Below the pieces are notes generated by a model. It did no database searches and was not told the origin of the DNA. It saw only the letters and a program-made list of their open reading frames with translations. This document shows, piece after piece, positions 1-9,840 of a stretch of 64,000 nucleotides of DNA; position 1 is the first letter of the stretch, and the number at the start of each line of letters is the position of its first letter. Position numbers and translations under genes: made by a program. Location of the stretch: assembly GCA_943789335.1 (NCBI GenBank), contig CALSTS010000003.1, positions 158,774-222,773 of the forward strand. Direction: 5' to 3'. Source of the DNA: an uncultured Pseudomonadales bacterium. GTDB taxonomy: Bacteria > Pseudomonadota > Gammaproteobacteria > Pseudomonadales > Pseudohongiellaceae.

Positions 1-452
1 TGAGCCACATAGTTATCAGGATTGCCGAATTGATCCAGTACAATTCCTTTACCTTGAGATTGCATATTTAGCGCTAGATCCCTGGCGCCCTCCATGCCTT
101 CTTCCTCAGTCACTTCTATTAAGGTGGCCCCATACGCAGTCATTGAATCTTTGCGCTCCTGGGTCGAGTTAGAAGGCATTATTAAAGTCAATTTATACCC
201 TCTGATGGCGGCAACCATAGCCAAAGCAATACCTGTATTACCGCTAGTTGCTTCAATCAGTGTATCTCCCGGCTTGATATCACAGCGGCCTTCAGCTTTT
301 AAAATCATGCTCAGAGCAGGCCTGTCTTTGACAGAGCCAGCCGGGTTATTACCTTCCAGCTTAACTAGAATTGTATTTGAGGTTTGACCCGGCAACCTTT
401 GTAAGCGCACAAGCGGGGTATTACCTATGGTGCTTTCTATAGTTGGAAACAT
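1..452 (-). CDS. cysM: Cysteine synthase B (O-acetylserine sulfhydrylase), 5' part; C-terminus lies outside the window
   Basis: Absent from the ORF track because it runs off the window edge. My minus-strand translation from ATG 452 (alternative ATG 479) reads MFPTIESTIGNTPLVRLQRLPG..VKLEGNNPAGSVKDRPALSMI..EATSGNTGIALAMVAA..LDQFGNPDN. This is collinear with E. coli CysM, including the SVKDR PLP-lysine motif and the SGNTG loop. Confidence 0.85.
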   Translation of the reverse strand, partial: MFPTIESTIGNTPLVRLQRLPGQTSNTILVKLEGNNPAGSVKDRPALSMILKAEGRCDIKPGDTLIEATSGNTGIALAMVAAIRGYKLTLIMPSNSTQERKDSMTAYGATLIEVTEEEGMEGARDLALNMQSQGKGIVLDQFGNPDNYVA

Positions 453-561
453 TGATGAATCTCTAGTTGGAATCGACATGATTAAGACTATGCTTGAAAC
501 TGCAAATGAGAAAGTAAAATTTTACCTTGAAGCAAGCTTAAGGAAAAAGGTAAAAGTGTGG

Positions 562-1269
562 CTATCCTATGTTTTTTCGAAATAAACTCCTACTTGAGAG
601 TGGTTTATCCCCCAAATGCGCTGAAAGTGCCGCTCGTAACAAACGTTTAGCAGCTTTTTGAGTTTCCAAATCTATAAAATTCTTTTTAGCTATTTGATGC
701 AAAGTAACACTCGAAAAATATTTTTCAAGTTTATTACTTGCTCCATCAACCTGCTCAAAACCACTATCATAATGAAAATGATACCAACAATTATCTACTG
801 GCCTTTCTGTCAGCACACTAAAATCAATTCCGTAACCTAATAAATCAAGTAAATTAAGTTCAAATTTTCTTAAAATCGGCTCTATTTCGGTTTGCTTTGA
901 AAGATCAGATAATGTCACTTCATACAAAGAATAAATTTCAGCATCAGCTTCTTGTTTATGAATCAATCTCACTAGCAGCTCATTTAAATACAAGGCTGCA
1001 AATAGCGTTTTATGCTTAAGAGCAACGCTATTAGATTGTGCTTCAAATTGCCCTAGCGTCTTTAATTCATTTTTCCCTGTTAAATTAACCAGCAGAGGGA
1101 TGAATGGTTGCAATACGGCTCTGTTTTTAGATTTTGGATTTCTTACGCCTTTTGCAACAGCGCTAATTCTGCCAAAATCCTGAGTAATGAAGTCTACTAA
1201 TAGGCTGGTGTCACGATAAGGCCTGCTATGCAATAAATAAGCAGGCTGGGACTGTATAGAATTAACCAT
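562..1269 (-). CDS. recO: DNA repair protein RecO
   Basis: The N-terminus AYLLHSRPYRDTSLLVDFITQDFGRISAVAKG..LQPF.PLL parallels E. coli RecO. Conserved era-recO synteny. Confidence 0.9.
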   Translation of the reverse strand: MVNSIQSQPAYLLHSRPYRDTSLLVDFITQDFGRISAVAKGVRNPKSKNRAVLQPFIPLLVNLTGKNELKTLGQFEAQSNSVALKHKTLFAALYLNELLVRLIHKQEADAEIYSLYEVTLSDLSKQTEIEPILRKFELNLLDLLGYGIDFSVLTERPVDNCWYHFHYDSGFEQVDGASNKLEKYFSSVTLHQIAKKNFIDLETQKAAKRLLRAALSAHLGDKPLSSRSLFRKNIG

Positions 1270-1290
1270 CAGTGTTTATCCTGCTCTTTC

Positions 1291-2205
1291 CTACTGATCA
1301 ATATAGCCTAAACTTCTTAAGGCGCGCTCATCATCGGACCAACCACTCTTAACTTTAACCCATAAGTTAAGCATGACTTTAGCGTTAAAAAGCAGCTCCA
1401 TTTCCTTACGCGCTTCGGTTCCAATTAATTTCAAACTAGAGCCATTCTTACCTATAAGAATTTTTTTCTGCCCCTCTCTTTCAACTAATATCAATGCGCT
1501 GATATGAAGGACTCCGTCTATGGTTTTAAATTCTTCTATCTCAACATTCACTTCATAAGGTAATTCGTCTCCCGTTTGCCGAGTAATTTTCTCTCGAACG
1601 AATTCGGCCGCAAGAAAACGAGAATTTTTATCGGTAAGTTGGTCTTCAGGAAATAAATATGTGCCTGTAGGCAGTGTTTTTATGACAAGGGACTCAAGCT
1701 GATCTATACCTTTACTCTTTAATGCCGAGATAGGAATTATTTCATTAAATTCATGTATTGCCATTAACTTTTCCATGAAAGGCAGCAGGTCCTCTTTATC
1801 ATTAATTTTATCTATTTTATTAATTAATAAGATAGCCGGCGCGCTGCTGTTACGAATATTTTCCAGCACTTTTTCGTCTTCTGGAGTCCATTTATTCGCA
1901 TCAATCATAAATAGAATCAGGTCAACGTCTCTGATGACAGAGCTTACCGTTTTATTCATATAACGATTCAGTGCTTTATCTACGCCTAAATGTAAACCAG
2001 GCGTATCTACAAAAACGATTTGAGCATTATCAGTCGTTTTTATGCCCAATAGTCGGTGTCGGGTAGTTTGAGGCTTACGAGACGTTATGCTGATCTTTTG
2101 GCCTAGAATGTGATTAAGCAGCGTTGATTTGCCAACATTTGGTCTGCCAACTATAGCGACTAGCCCACAGTGGTTTTCAGTTATGTTTTTATTCGATTGA
2201 CTCAC
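1291..2205 (-). CDS. era: GTPase Era
   Basis: G1 motif [17 protein letters not shown] and a C-terminal KH domain. Sits in rnc-era-recO synteny. Confidence 0.95.
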   Translation of the reverse strand: MSQSNKNITENHCGLVAIVGRPNVGKSTLLNHILGQKISITSRKPQTTRHRLLGIKTTDNAQIVFVDTPGLHLGVDKALNRYMNKTVSSVIRDVDLILFMIDANKWTPEDEKVLENIRNSSAPAILLINKIDKINDKEDLLPFMEKLMAIHEFNEIIPISALKSKGIDQLESLVIKTLPTGTYLFPEDQLTDKNSRFLAAEFVREKITRQTGDELPYEVNVEIEEFKTIDGVLHISALILVEREGQKKILIGKNGSSLKLIGTEARKEMELLFNAKVMLNLWVKVKSGWSDDERALRSLGYIDQ

Positions 2206-2234
2206 TTAATTTAAATTGTCCGTCTAATATTTGC

Positions 2235-2903
2235 TTATATGCCAAGTTTTTCGAGTATTACCGTTGCTGCTTGTTGTTCTGCCTCTCTGCGACTGGTTCC
2301 ATGTCCTTTAAATTCTTTTTTAAACAAATCCACTTTGCAACTAACAGTAAACTGTTGCTCATGATCTTTACCGTCAAGCTCGGATACAACATATTCAGGT
2401 AAAGACAGTTGCTTAGACTGTAAATATTCTTGCAAGCGTGTCTTAGCATCTTTCTGTGGAATTGCTTCATTGGATTCCAATTGTTGGAGCCTTAAGGAAA
2501 ACCAGGAGACTACTTCTTTACGGCAGGCCGCTAAACCAGCGTCAAGGTAGATTGCACTAACCACCGCTTCTAATGCATCAGCCAATATTGAATCTCTATT
2601 AGCGCCACCACTTTGTGATTCTCCGCTACCCAGAATTAAAAGCTCACCAAGTGAAAGCTCACGAGCAATATCCGCCAAGGTGTTTTTTTTTACAAACCCC
2701 GCACGTAAACGGCTTAATTCTCCCTCGCTGGCTTGTGGAAAGCGCTGGTAAAGAACTTCAGCAATAATAAAACCTAGAATGGAATCGCCGAGAAACTCCA
2801 GACGTTCATTGTTAATCTTGCCATGACTACGATGACTTAAAGCGAGCTTTAATAAAGCCTTATCTTTAAAAAGGTGGGATATTTTGCCAGAAGTGCTTGC
2901 CAC
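2235..2903 (-). CDS. rnc: Ribonuclease III
   Basis: RNase III signature ERLEFLGDS plus a C-terminal dsRBD. Synteny supports the call. Confidence 0.95.
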   Translation of the reverse strand: MASTSGKISHLFKDKALLKLALSHRSHGKINNERLEFLGDSILGFIIAEVLYQRFPQASEGELSRLRAGFVKKNTLADIARELSLGELLILGSGESQSGGANRDSILADALEAVVSAIYLDAGLAACRKEVVSWFSLRLQQLESNEAIPQKDAKTRLQEYLQSKQLSLPEYVVSELDGKDHEQQFTVSCKVDLFKKEFKGHGTSRREAEQQAATVILEKLGI

Positions 2904-3298
2904 TAGTTCTTATCAAATCTGTTTTCAAAGGTCACAACAATATCTATATTATAAAATAAAGGAACCCGCGATTCGTAATTAATATCTACAAAATTATTAT
3001 TGCCTTCTCTAGTGAGCACGCCGCTGGACGAATCAAATTCTCTAATATTATTAGTCACCAATGACCTTTGCAGATTAGAACGGACTTTTGCAATACTCAT
3101 CGACTCGAAGTCATTGTTATTTATCATTCCGTCCATAGCATTAACAATGACGTTGTTATCCATATAGGATGGGGCAACCTTTAGCGCAGATAATAGAAAC
3201 ATTCCCACCATAACCAATAAAATAATGATAGCAAAAACCGATGCGCCTTTTTGTCGCCGCAATGGATTAAACTTGTAAAAATTATTTGTTAAGTTCAT
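2903..3298 (-). CDS. Small membrane-anchored protein (DUF4845-like) between lepB and rnc
   Basis: Single N-terminal TM helix. Same position as the DUF4845 gene in Pseudomonas-type lepB-rnc clusters. Overlaps the rnc start by 1 nt. Confidence 0.6.
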   Translation of the reverse strand: MNLTNNFYKFNPLRRQKGASVFAIIILLVMVGMFLLSALKVAPSYMDNNVIVNAMDGMINNNDFESMSIAKVRSNLQRSLVTNNIREFDSSSGVLTREGNNNFVDINYESRVPLFYNIDIVVTFENRFDKN

Positions 3299-3314
3299 TT
3301 GATACCTCTTTACA

Positions 3315-4226
3315 TTAAGGATTAATTAATCGATTCTGACTGAATGTTGGTAGATTCATTCCTGACTCTTTATGCATCCACACGGCAATTGCTTTGCCGA
3401 CAATATTTTCCTCAGGTACGACCCCCCAGCTCCGACTATCTAGACTATTATCTCGATTATCTCCCATCATGAAATAATGGCCCTCCGGAACAACTCTACC
3501 TTCCGGCCGCATCCAATCATATCTAGGCTCTCCAAAAGGAGAAGGTGGGGATACATATATATCATGTTCCACATCGCCTAGCTGCTCTAGGAAATGATTC
3601 ACATTTCTGAACCCATCTTGCGTCATATCAACAAATTCTTGAGTCTGTTCAACACCGTCAATATAAAGCTTTTTATCTGCATATCGAATATGTTCACCTG
3701 GAAGGCCTGCAACTCTTTTCACATAATACACTGGATCATGCGGGGGTATGAATACCATGACATCACCACGTTGGGGTTCTCCTATATCAATAACTTTTGT
3801 TCCAATGACCGGCAAACGAATACCATAAGAATATTTATTAACGAGAATGTAGTCACCTACATTCAAACTTGGAATCATAGAGCCAGTAGGTATCTGAAAC
3901 GGTTCAATCAAAAAAGACCTAAAAACCAACACGGCAAGTAGAATTGGGAAAAAAGATTTACTGTACTCAACCAGCCCTGGATCTTTTCTAAAGTTAAATG
4001 CTGTATCTAATTTCTGTTGGATTTTTTGATTAAAGGTAGTTTTGTTAATTTCTTCAGTGTTATTTTCATACGCTGATAAATCTTTGACTTGAATTTTATG
4101 TTCCTTTAGATACGAACGAAATTTTTGCGTTCGACTTTTTGCAAAAAAAACCGCATCAATTAGCCATATAACACCACTAACTAAAACTAAAAGGAAAAGA
4201 ACTAGAGAATAATCTATGTTCATCAC
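3315..4226 (-). CDS. lepB: Signal peptidase I
   Basis: Catalytic SM.P.L box ([10 protein letters not shown]), KR.AGLPGE, and the [11 protein letters not shown] box. Its ATGA start overlaps the lepA stop. Confidence 0.92.
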   Translation of the reverse strand: MMNIDYSLVLFLLVLVSGVIWLIDAVFFAKSRTQKFRSYLKEHKIQVKDLSAYENNTEEINKTTFNQKIQQKLDTAFNFRKDPGLVEYSKSFFPILLAVLVFRSFLIEPFQIPTGSMIPSLNVGDYILVNKYSYGIRLPVIGTKVIDIGEPQRGDVMVFIPPHDPVYYVKRVAGLPGEHIRYADKKLYIDGVEQTQEFVDMTQDGFRNVNHFLEQLGDVEHDIYVSPPSPFGEPRYDWMRPEGRVVPEGHYFMMGDNRDNSLDSRSWGVVPEENIVGKAIAVWMHKESGMNLPTFSQNRLINP

Positions 4227-6022
4227 GAATCCACCCTAAGCACAGCAAGGAATGCTTCTTGGGGAACTTCGATATTTCCAACTTTTTTCATGCGTTTCTT
4301 TCCTGCCTTTTGTTTTTCCAATAGTTTTTTCTTACGAGTAATATCCCCACCATAACATTTTGCTGTCACGTTTTTACGTAGGGCTTTTACAGTGCTTCTA
4401 GCGACAATTTGCCCACCAATTGCGGCTTGAATTGCAACGTCATATAGTTGACGAGGTATCAATTCTTTCATTTTATCAGTTAATAATCTGCCTTTCGTTT
4501 GCGCTTGATCTCTGTGCACAATAACCGCTAATGCATCTACGGGATCACCATTAATTAAGACATCCAGCCTAACCAGTTTAGCCACCTGAAATCGAATAAA
4601 ATTATAATCCAATGATGCATAACCTCGACTCACTGATTTCAATCGATCAAAAAAGTCTAATACTACTTCATTCATCGGCAATTCATAGCGAATAGAGACC
4701 TGACTGCCAGCAAACTGCATGTCTTTTTGAACGCCTCTTTTTTCCACGCACAGTGTAATGACATTTCCAACATACTCTTGCGGCACCAGAATATTTGCTT
4801 CGACAATGGGTTCTCGCATTTCTTCTATACTCGTCATTGCTGGTAAGCGCGAAGGACTATCTACCTTGATGACTTCACCCGTTTTGGTCAAGACTTCAAA
4901 TACCACTGTCGGAGCAGAGGTTATCAAGTCAAGATCGTATTCCCGTTCAAGTCTTTCCTGTACGATTTCCATATGCAGCATACCCAGAAAACCGCAGCGG
5001 AAACCTACACCTAAAGCATCTGAATTTTCAGGTTCATATATTAAAGCAGCATCGTTAAGCGTTAGTTTCTCAAGAGCATCACGGAAATTCTCATAATCGT
5101 CAGCTGAAATAGGGAACATCCCCGCATAAACTTGCGCTTGAACTCGCTTAAAGCCTGGGAGTGCTGCAACATCTGGTGTTTTTGCATGGGTGATGGTATC
5201 ACCCACTGGCGCGCCCTTAATTTCTTTTATCCCAGCTTCAATAAAGCCTACTTCTCCAGCTTTTAATACATCTGTGGGAGTTCGTTTGGGGCTAAATATT
5301 CCAACATTATCCACCACATGTGTTTTACCTGTAGATTTAGCAATAATTTTATCGCCTTTGCGGATACTCCCTTGACGAACTCTTACAAGAGAAACAACGC
5401 CTAAATAGTTATCGAACCAGGAATCAACTATCAACGCTTGTAAATCATTTCCTATCTCACCTTCAGGAGGCGGGACCAATTTAATAATATTTTCCAGAAT
5501 ATCAGTAATTCCTTCCCCGCTTTTTGCACTAGCAAGCACAGCATCCTGAGCATCAAGCCCAATAATTTCTTCAATTTCTTGTTTAACTCGATCTGGTTCT
5601 GCCTGGGGCAAGTCCATTTTATTGAGAACAGGTATCACTTCTAACCCCTGCTCGATAGCCGTATAGCAATTTGCAACAGATTGAGCCTCAACTCCTTGCG
5701 CAGCATCTACAACCAGCAATGCACCTTCACATGCAGCAAGCGATCGAGATACTTCATAACTAAAATCAACATGTCCAGGAGTATCGATGAAATTCAATTG
5801 ATAGGTTCGACCATTCTTGGATTTGTAATCGAGTGTCACGCTTTGAGCTTTGATAGTAATACCACGCTCTTTTTCAATATCCATAGAATCAAGCACCTGA
5901 TTTGACATCTCGCGCTCAGTCAAGCCCCCACAATCCTGTATAAAACGATCTGCGATGGTTGATTTGCCATGGTCAATATGGGCAATGATAGAAAAATTCC
6001 GGATGTGGCTTAAGTCACTCAC
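4223..6022 (-). CDS. lepA: Elongation factor 4 (LepA)
   Basis: [27 protein letters not shown], and the LepA-specific C-terminal domain. 599 aa. Confidence 0.97.
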   Translation of the reverse strand: MSDLSHIRNFSIIAHIDHGKSTIADRFIQDCGGLTEREMSNQVLDSMDIEKERGITIKAQSVTLDYKSKNGRTYQLNFIDTPGHVDFSYEVSRSLAACEGALLVVDAAQGVEAQSVANCYTAIEQGLEVIPVLNKMDLPQAEPDRVKQEIEEIIGLDAQDAVLASAKSGEGITDILENIIKLVPPPEGEIGNDLQALIVDSWFDNYLGVVSLVRVRQGSIRKGDKIIAKSTGKTHVVDNVGIFSPKRTPTDVLKAGEVGFIEAGIKEIKGAPVGDTITHAKTPDVAALPGFKRVQAQVYAGMFPISADDYENFRDALEKLTLNDAALIYEPENSDALGVGFRCGFLGMLHMEIVQERLEREYDLDLITSAPTVVFEVLTKTGEVIKVDSPSRLPAMTSIEEMREPIVEANILVPQEYVGNVITLCVEKRGVQKDMQFAGSQVSIRYELPMNEVVLDFFDRLKSVSRGYASLDYNFIRFQVAKLVRLDVLINGDPVDALAVIVHRDQAQTKGRLLTDKMKELIPRQLYDVAIQAAIGGQIVARSTVKALRKNVTAKCYGGDITRKKKLLEKQKAGKKRMKKVGNIEVPQEAFLAVLRVDS

Positions 6023-6132
6023 TAAGGAGATTCACTCTAGTTGAAAAAGTCCGCAAGTCTACAGTAACTCGGCCATAACATGAAGAACACCTTGTTGAAA
6101 TTAACAAAGTGGAAGCATTGATATTTAATTGC

Positions 6133-7566
6133 TTATCCGTCCAACATTATGGTGAAAAATGATTGTTGGCCATCTCGTTCAACTAGCAAAGGAAGAGGAC
6201 TATCGGCTGGCAAACTAGCATTAATTTCCGTTAGGTCGTTAACGGAGTCTAGGTCTCTACCATTAAGGCTCAAAATAATATCACCCTTTTGCAAACCAGC
6301 CTTCACAGCAACTGCTCCTGTTACTTCACTGACCCTAAGGCCATGGTCAAGTCCAAGTCGTTGTTTCTCTGTTTCTGATAATTCAGTCACAGACAAACCC
6401 AGGGAGTTTTCAATCGGCTCAATCACTCCTAATTGAATTTGCTGTTGGTTGGATGCAGCGTCCAAGTCGCCAACTAGCATGCGAATGTTTTCGAGCCGGC
6501 CATTTCGGATCAACTCAACATTTACTTCGCTGCCGGGTAATGAAAGACCAACATGGTAAGGCAAATCAGCGCTATTTCTAATTTCATCACCATCATAGCT
6601 AAGTATAATATCTTCGGCTCTGAAGCCAGCAGTTTCAGCCGGACCGCCTGGTAAAACATCATTTACAAAAGCCCCTTTCGGTGTTGGCAAGTTATAAGTA
6701 TTAGCCTGTTCTTGAGTAACATCAGCAATTGCTACGCCCATCCAACCCCTGGAAACATTCCCAGATTGCATTAATTGGCTGACAACGTTAGCCGCTATAT
6801 CTACAGGTATCGCAAAAGATAAACCAATGGAGCCGCCTGAATTAGAATATATTTGAGAGTTAACTCCGATCACTTCACCGGCTAAATTAAATAGAGGGCC
6901 TCCAGAATGTCCTGGGTTAATAGCCACATCTGTTTGAATAAATGATACATAATTTCCTTGTCCCGTAATCTGGGAAGGCAGGCTTCTGCCAACAAAGCTA
7001 ACTATCCCTGTCGCAACAGAGTGACTTAAATTAAAGGGGGAACCAATTGCTAAGACCCATTGCCCGACCTTCACATCTTCGACATCGCCAAAAGGTACAG
7101 TGGGCAAACCTTCAGCTTCAATTTTTATAAGTGCTAAATCTGAGCGTGGATCAGAACCTATAATTTCAGCAGTGTATTGGCGTTGATCGTTTAAAGTGAT
7201 CGTAATTTCATCGGCACCATCGATCACATGATGATTGGTAACAATGTAGCCATCTTCAGAAATAATAAAGCCTGAGCCAAGAGATGCGCTCTGACGCTCT
7301 CCCATATCAAAACCATCAGGGAAACGATCGCCAAAAAATTCTAGAAACTCTTCTAACTCCTCTCGATCCCCATCGAAATCATCAAAGCTGTTATCGCCAG
7401 CAATAGTGCTGCGAATTCTTACATTTACAATCGCAGGTGCACTTTGCTCAACCAGCTGGGTAAAGTCAGGTAAAAATTGCGCATAAGTTTGGGCCGACAA
7501 CAAAAAGGCTGAGAATAATGTTACATATCGCAGCAGCGTTAAAAATAATAGTCTAGACATGTTCAT
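6133..7566 (-). CDS. degP: Periplasmic serine endoprotease, DegP/MucD (Do) family, two PDZ domains
   Basis: Signal peptide, TNHHV, and GHSGGPL (a GNSGG-type catalytic Ser loop), followed by two PDZ-like regions. Lies downstream of rpoE-rseA-rseC, as mucD does in Pseudomonas. Confidence 0.9.
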   Translation of the reverse strand: MNMSRLLFLTLLRYVTLFSAFLLSAQTYAQFLPDFTQLVEQSAPAIVNVRIRSTIAGDNSFDDFDGDREELEEFLEFFGDRFPDGFDMGERQSASLGSGFIISEDGYIVTNHHVIDGADEITITLNDQRQYTAEIIGSDPRSDLALIKIEAEGLPTVPFGDVEDVKVGQWVLAIGSPFNLSHSVATGIVSFVGRSLPSQITGQGNYVSFIQTDVAINPGHSGGPLFNLAGEVIGVNSQIYSNSGGSIGLSFAIPVDIAANVVSQLMQSGNVSRGWMGVAIADVTQEQANTYNLPTPKGAFVNDVLPGGPAETAGFRAEDIILSYDGDEIRNSADLPYHVGLSLPGSEVNVELIRNGRLENIRMLVGDLDAASNQQQIQLGVIEPIENSLGLSVTELSETEKQRLGLDHGLRVSEVTGAVAVKAGLQKGDIILSLNGRDLDSVNDLTEINASLPADSPLPLLVERDGQQSFFTIMLDG

Positions 7567-7658
7567 TTTCTTTTATATTTACCTTTTAATTTGCGTGTTT
7601 TTTTACTTCAGCAGCAATTATTATAAATGAGCAAACAAATACTTTTGCATTTATAAGG

Positions 7659-8108
7659 CTAGCGGCCATCTGGAATCAAACTCAAATTGATCTCTTCCAA
7701 ACCAACATGGCTTTTTAAATAACGGTGTATCATTCTCATGCTAAAGGATAGAACAATTACAACCAAAGCCAAAATAAGCATCTCGCTAAAACCAGCCAAG
7801 TCAGCAATTAGAGCAACAAACAATATACTAATTATGGGCAACAAATACAGCAGCAATGCTAATTGCACTAACTTACTAGCTTCTATATTAATTTGGATCT
7901 GGGTGCCCTTTTTCAATGATTTAACATCCATTTCTTTTGGCACAAGCCTCGATGGAAATGCTACTTCCCGGTTTAAATGGAGTGAATTCAATAAATATTG
8001 GCCACATGTCGGTTTAAGCGAACAGCTTGTACAGGTGCCATGATTAAATGGTTGAAGTCTTACAAATTCCGGTTCGACTGCAGAAACTTTGACTATCTCG
8101 CTAAGCAT
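7659..8108 (-). CDS. rseC: RseC/MucC family sigma-E regulatory protein
   Basis: N-terminal Cys cluster (CTSCSLKPTCG) followed by two TM helices, matching RseC architecture. Operon position fits. Confidence 0.75.
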   Translation of the reverse strand: MLSEIVKVSAVEPEFVRLQPFNHGTCTSCSLKPTCGQYLLNSLHLNREVAFPSRLVPKEMDVKSLKKGTQIQINIEASKLVQLALLLYLLPIISILFVALIADLAGFSEMLILALVVIVLSFSMRMIHRYLKSHVGLEEINLSLIPDGR

Positions 8109-8201
8109 ATTGACGATGTCGCTTATTCAAATAAGCTAAGTATGCCAGAAAAAAGTGATTTAGAAATTAGAGTAATGCCGATTTAACTCATTACTAAAGC
8201 T

Positions 8202-8939
8202 TTACTCTTCTTCTATGATGACGTTGAAGTTGACGGGCAACTCCAATGACTCTTGAGGCTCTCCAACAAATTCCTGGAAAACAGCTTGTCTAAGGCGAAC
8301 GCGAGCAGCTTCATCCGTAGACTCAGTGCCAGCAAGTGCAGTATTTAATTGCGGAACACGGTTAAATTCTGAAGGGGAATAGGCATCATTAAATTCGGGC
8401 ACGCTATCCTCCAAAATTTCTGACTGCCCTGCTAATTGCATTTCAGGATCCAAAGGAGCCGAGGGGTTCAGAACACCTCCGGCGATTAGTACTATGGCAG
8501 CTACTGATGCCGCGATAGCACCCTGCCCAAAACGCTTAAAAGTGCCTGAGTGATTATTGTTTTCGGCATTTCCTCTGCCTGAGTGAGCTTTTGAGTTTGA
8601 AGGACTTGAGCTATCAGCTTTATCGCCTAAACCGTCAAAACCGTCTTTACCATTTATTCTGTCGATACCATCTAACTCAGCATTAATACGAGATAACAAA
8701 TCAGGACGTTTTACTCCAGATTTATCTGATTCTCCTTGCATGACAGCAAAGCCTGCATTAATTCTGCTATCTAGTTCTCCCTTGATAACGGCGCTAAGCA
8801 TATGAAAACGTTCCCATTTTAACTTTATGTCAACATTTTCTTCAGATTCTTTAAGAATACGGCGAAATTCAAATTCACTCGCCTCATTGTCCATTAACGC
8901 TGACAACGACTCTCCAAGCTTTTCTTTACCTTTACTCAT
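8202..8939 (-). CDS. rseA: Anti-sigma-E factor RseA/MucA
   Basis: The N-terminus SLSALMDNEASEFE matches the RseA LSALMDGE motif, with a central TM helix. The ORF track starts at TTG 8960; the ATG at 8939 (MSKGKEKLGESLSALMD) looks more likely. Confidence 0.72.
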   Translation of the reverse strand: MSKGKEKLGESLSALMDNEASEFEFRRILKESEENVDIKLKWERFHMLSAVIKGELDSRINAGFAVMQGESDKSGVKRPDLLSRINAELDGIDRINGKDGFDGLGDKADSSSPSNSKAHSGRGNAENNNHSGTFKRFGQGAIAASVAAIVLIAGGVLNPSAPLDPEMQLAGQSEILEDSVPEFNDAYSPSEFNRVPQLNTALAGTESTDEAARVRLRQAVFQEFVGEPQESLELPVNFNVIIEEE

Positions 8940-8960
8940 ATTCTTTTTCGCTTTATTCAA

Positions 8961-9020
8961 TTTTCAGCTTTTCAGCTTCTACTATCTAATTCTATCTAAT
9001 TCTATCTAATTCTATCTAAT
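8961..9020. repeat. Two short tandem repeats in the rpoE-rseA intergenic spacer: TTTTCAGC x2, then TCTATCTAAT x3 perfect plus one degenerate copy
   Basis: Read directly. ttttcagc is at 8961-8968 and 8969-8976. tctatctaat is at 8991-9000, 9001-9010 and 9011-9020, preceded by tctactatctaat at 8978-8990. Confidence 0.95.
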
Positions 9021-9121
9021 ATCGACTGATTTCAAATTGCCTTTTCCAACTAATTCTTGCTCTGAAAGGAAAAGCTCTAACAACTAGACAACAATTTTTT
9101 GAAAAAATTCCAAAATTAGCA

Positions 9122-9766
9122 TTATTTATTCTTCAAATCGCTTTTCCGGCTATCTTTAGGCTTCTCTAGGTTCACGTAACCACTTTTTATAAAGGGACTG
9201 ATAACAGCGTCCAACGCTTCCCTAGCTCGAAATATCCTCGATCTCACAGTTCCTACTGGGCAATCCATAATTTGTGTTATTTCTTCATAACTCAAACCGC
9301 CAAATTCACGTAAAGTAAACGCAGTTCTTAAATCTTCCGGGAGCTCTTCAATCGCATTGTTAATAAGAAGGTGCAATTCATTACTAGATAGATTTTCTTC
9401 AGGACTGCCATTGTCTACCAGCTCGGCTGGCAACTCTGCTAAATCCGCATCCCCCAAATCAACATCAGTACCTGGCGGCCTTCTTCCCTTAGTCACCATA
9501 TGGTTTTTAGCTGTATTTATTGCTATTCGGTAAAGCCATGTATAAAAAGCGCTATCACCGCGGAATTTAGGCAGCGCTCTATAGGCTTTGATAAAAGCTT
9601 CCTGGCATACATCTTCAACTTCGCTCTGGTCACGAATAAACCGAGATACCAAGGCTAATATTCTATGTTGATAACGCAATACCAAAAGATCAAAGGCATG
9701 TTTATTACCTTTGAAAACTTGATCAACCAATTGTTGATCGGTTTGTTTGGACTTGCCTTTAGTCAA
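9122..9766 (-). CDS. rpoE: ECF RNA polymerase sigma factor RpoE/AlgU (sigma-24)
   Basis: AFDLLVLRYQHRILALVSRF, YTWLYRIAINTAKN and TVRSRIFRAREAL closely parallel E. coli RpoE. TTG start with an AAGGGA RBS. Divergent from nadB, as in E. coli and Pseudomonas. Confidence 0.93.
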   Translation of the reverse strand: MTKGKSKQTDQQLVDQVFKGNKHAFDLLVLRYQHRILALVSRFIRDQSEVEDVCQEAFIKAYRALPKFRGDSAFYTWLYRIAINTAKNHMVTKGRRPPGTDVDLGDADLAELPAELVDNGSPEENLSSNELHLLINNAIEELPEDLRTAFTLREFGGLSYEEITQIMDCPVGTVRSRIFRAREALDAVISPFIKSGYVNLEKPKDSRKSDLKNK

Positions 9767-9840
9767 CTGAGCTATCCCTTTTTAATTACTTACCAGAGCC
9801 AAATAGGTAGAATGCTTAAAAGCTTACAATTATATATAGA

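Noticed and set aside
94-387. Plus-strand ORF 94-387, and the many other antisense ORFs in the track (for example 1775-1963, 3594-3941, 4758-5096, 6149-6436, 14049-14309, 24757-25032, 29360-29686, 35376-35630, 49095-49439, 53176-53508, 59526-59822).
   Set aside because: Each lies fully inside a longer, motif-supported gene on the opposite strand. These are shadow ORFs.
8978-9020. Short direct repeats that could be mistaken for a CRISPR array.
   Set aside because: The units are 10 bp and directly abutting, with no spacers. There are no cas genes. This is a plain micro/minisatellite.
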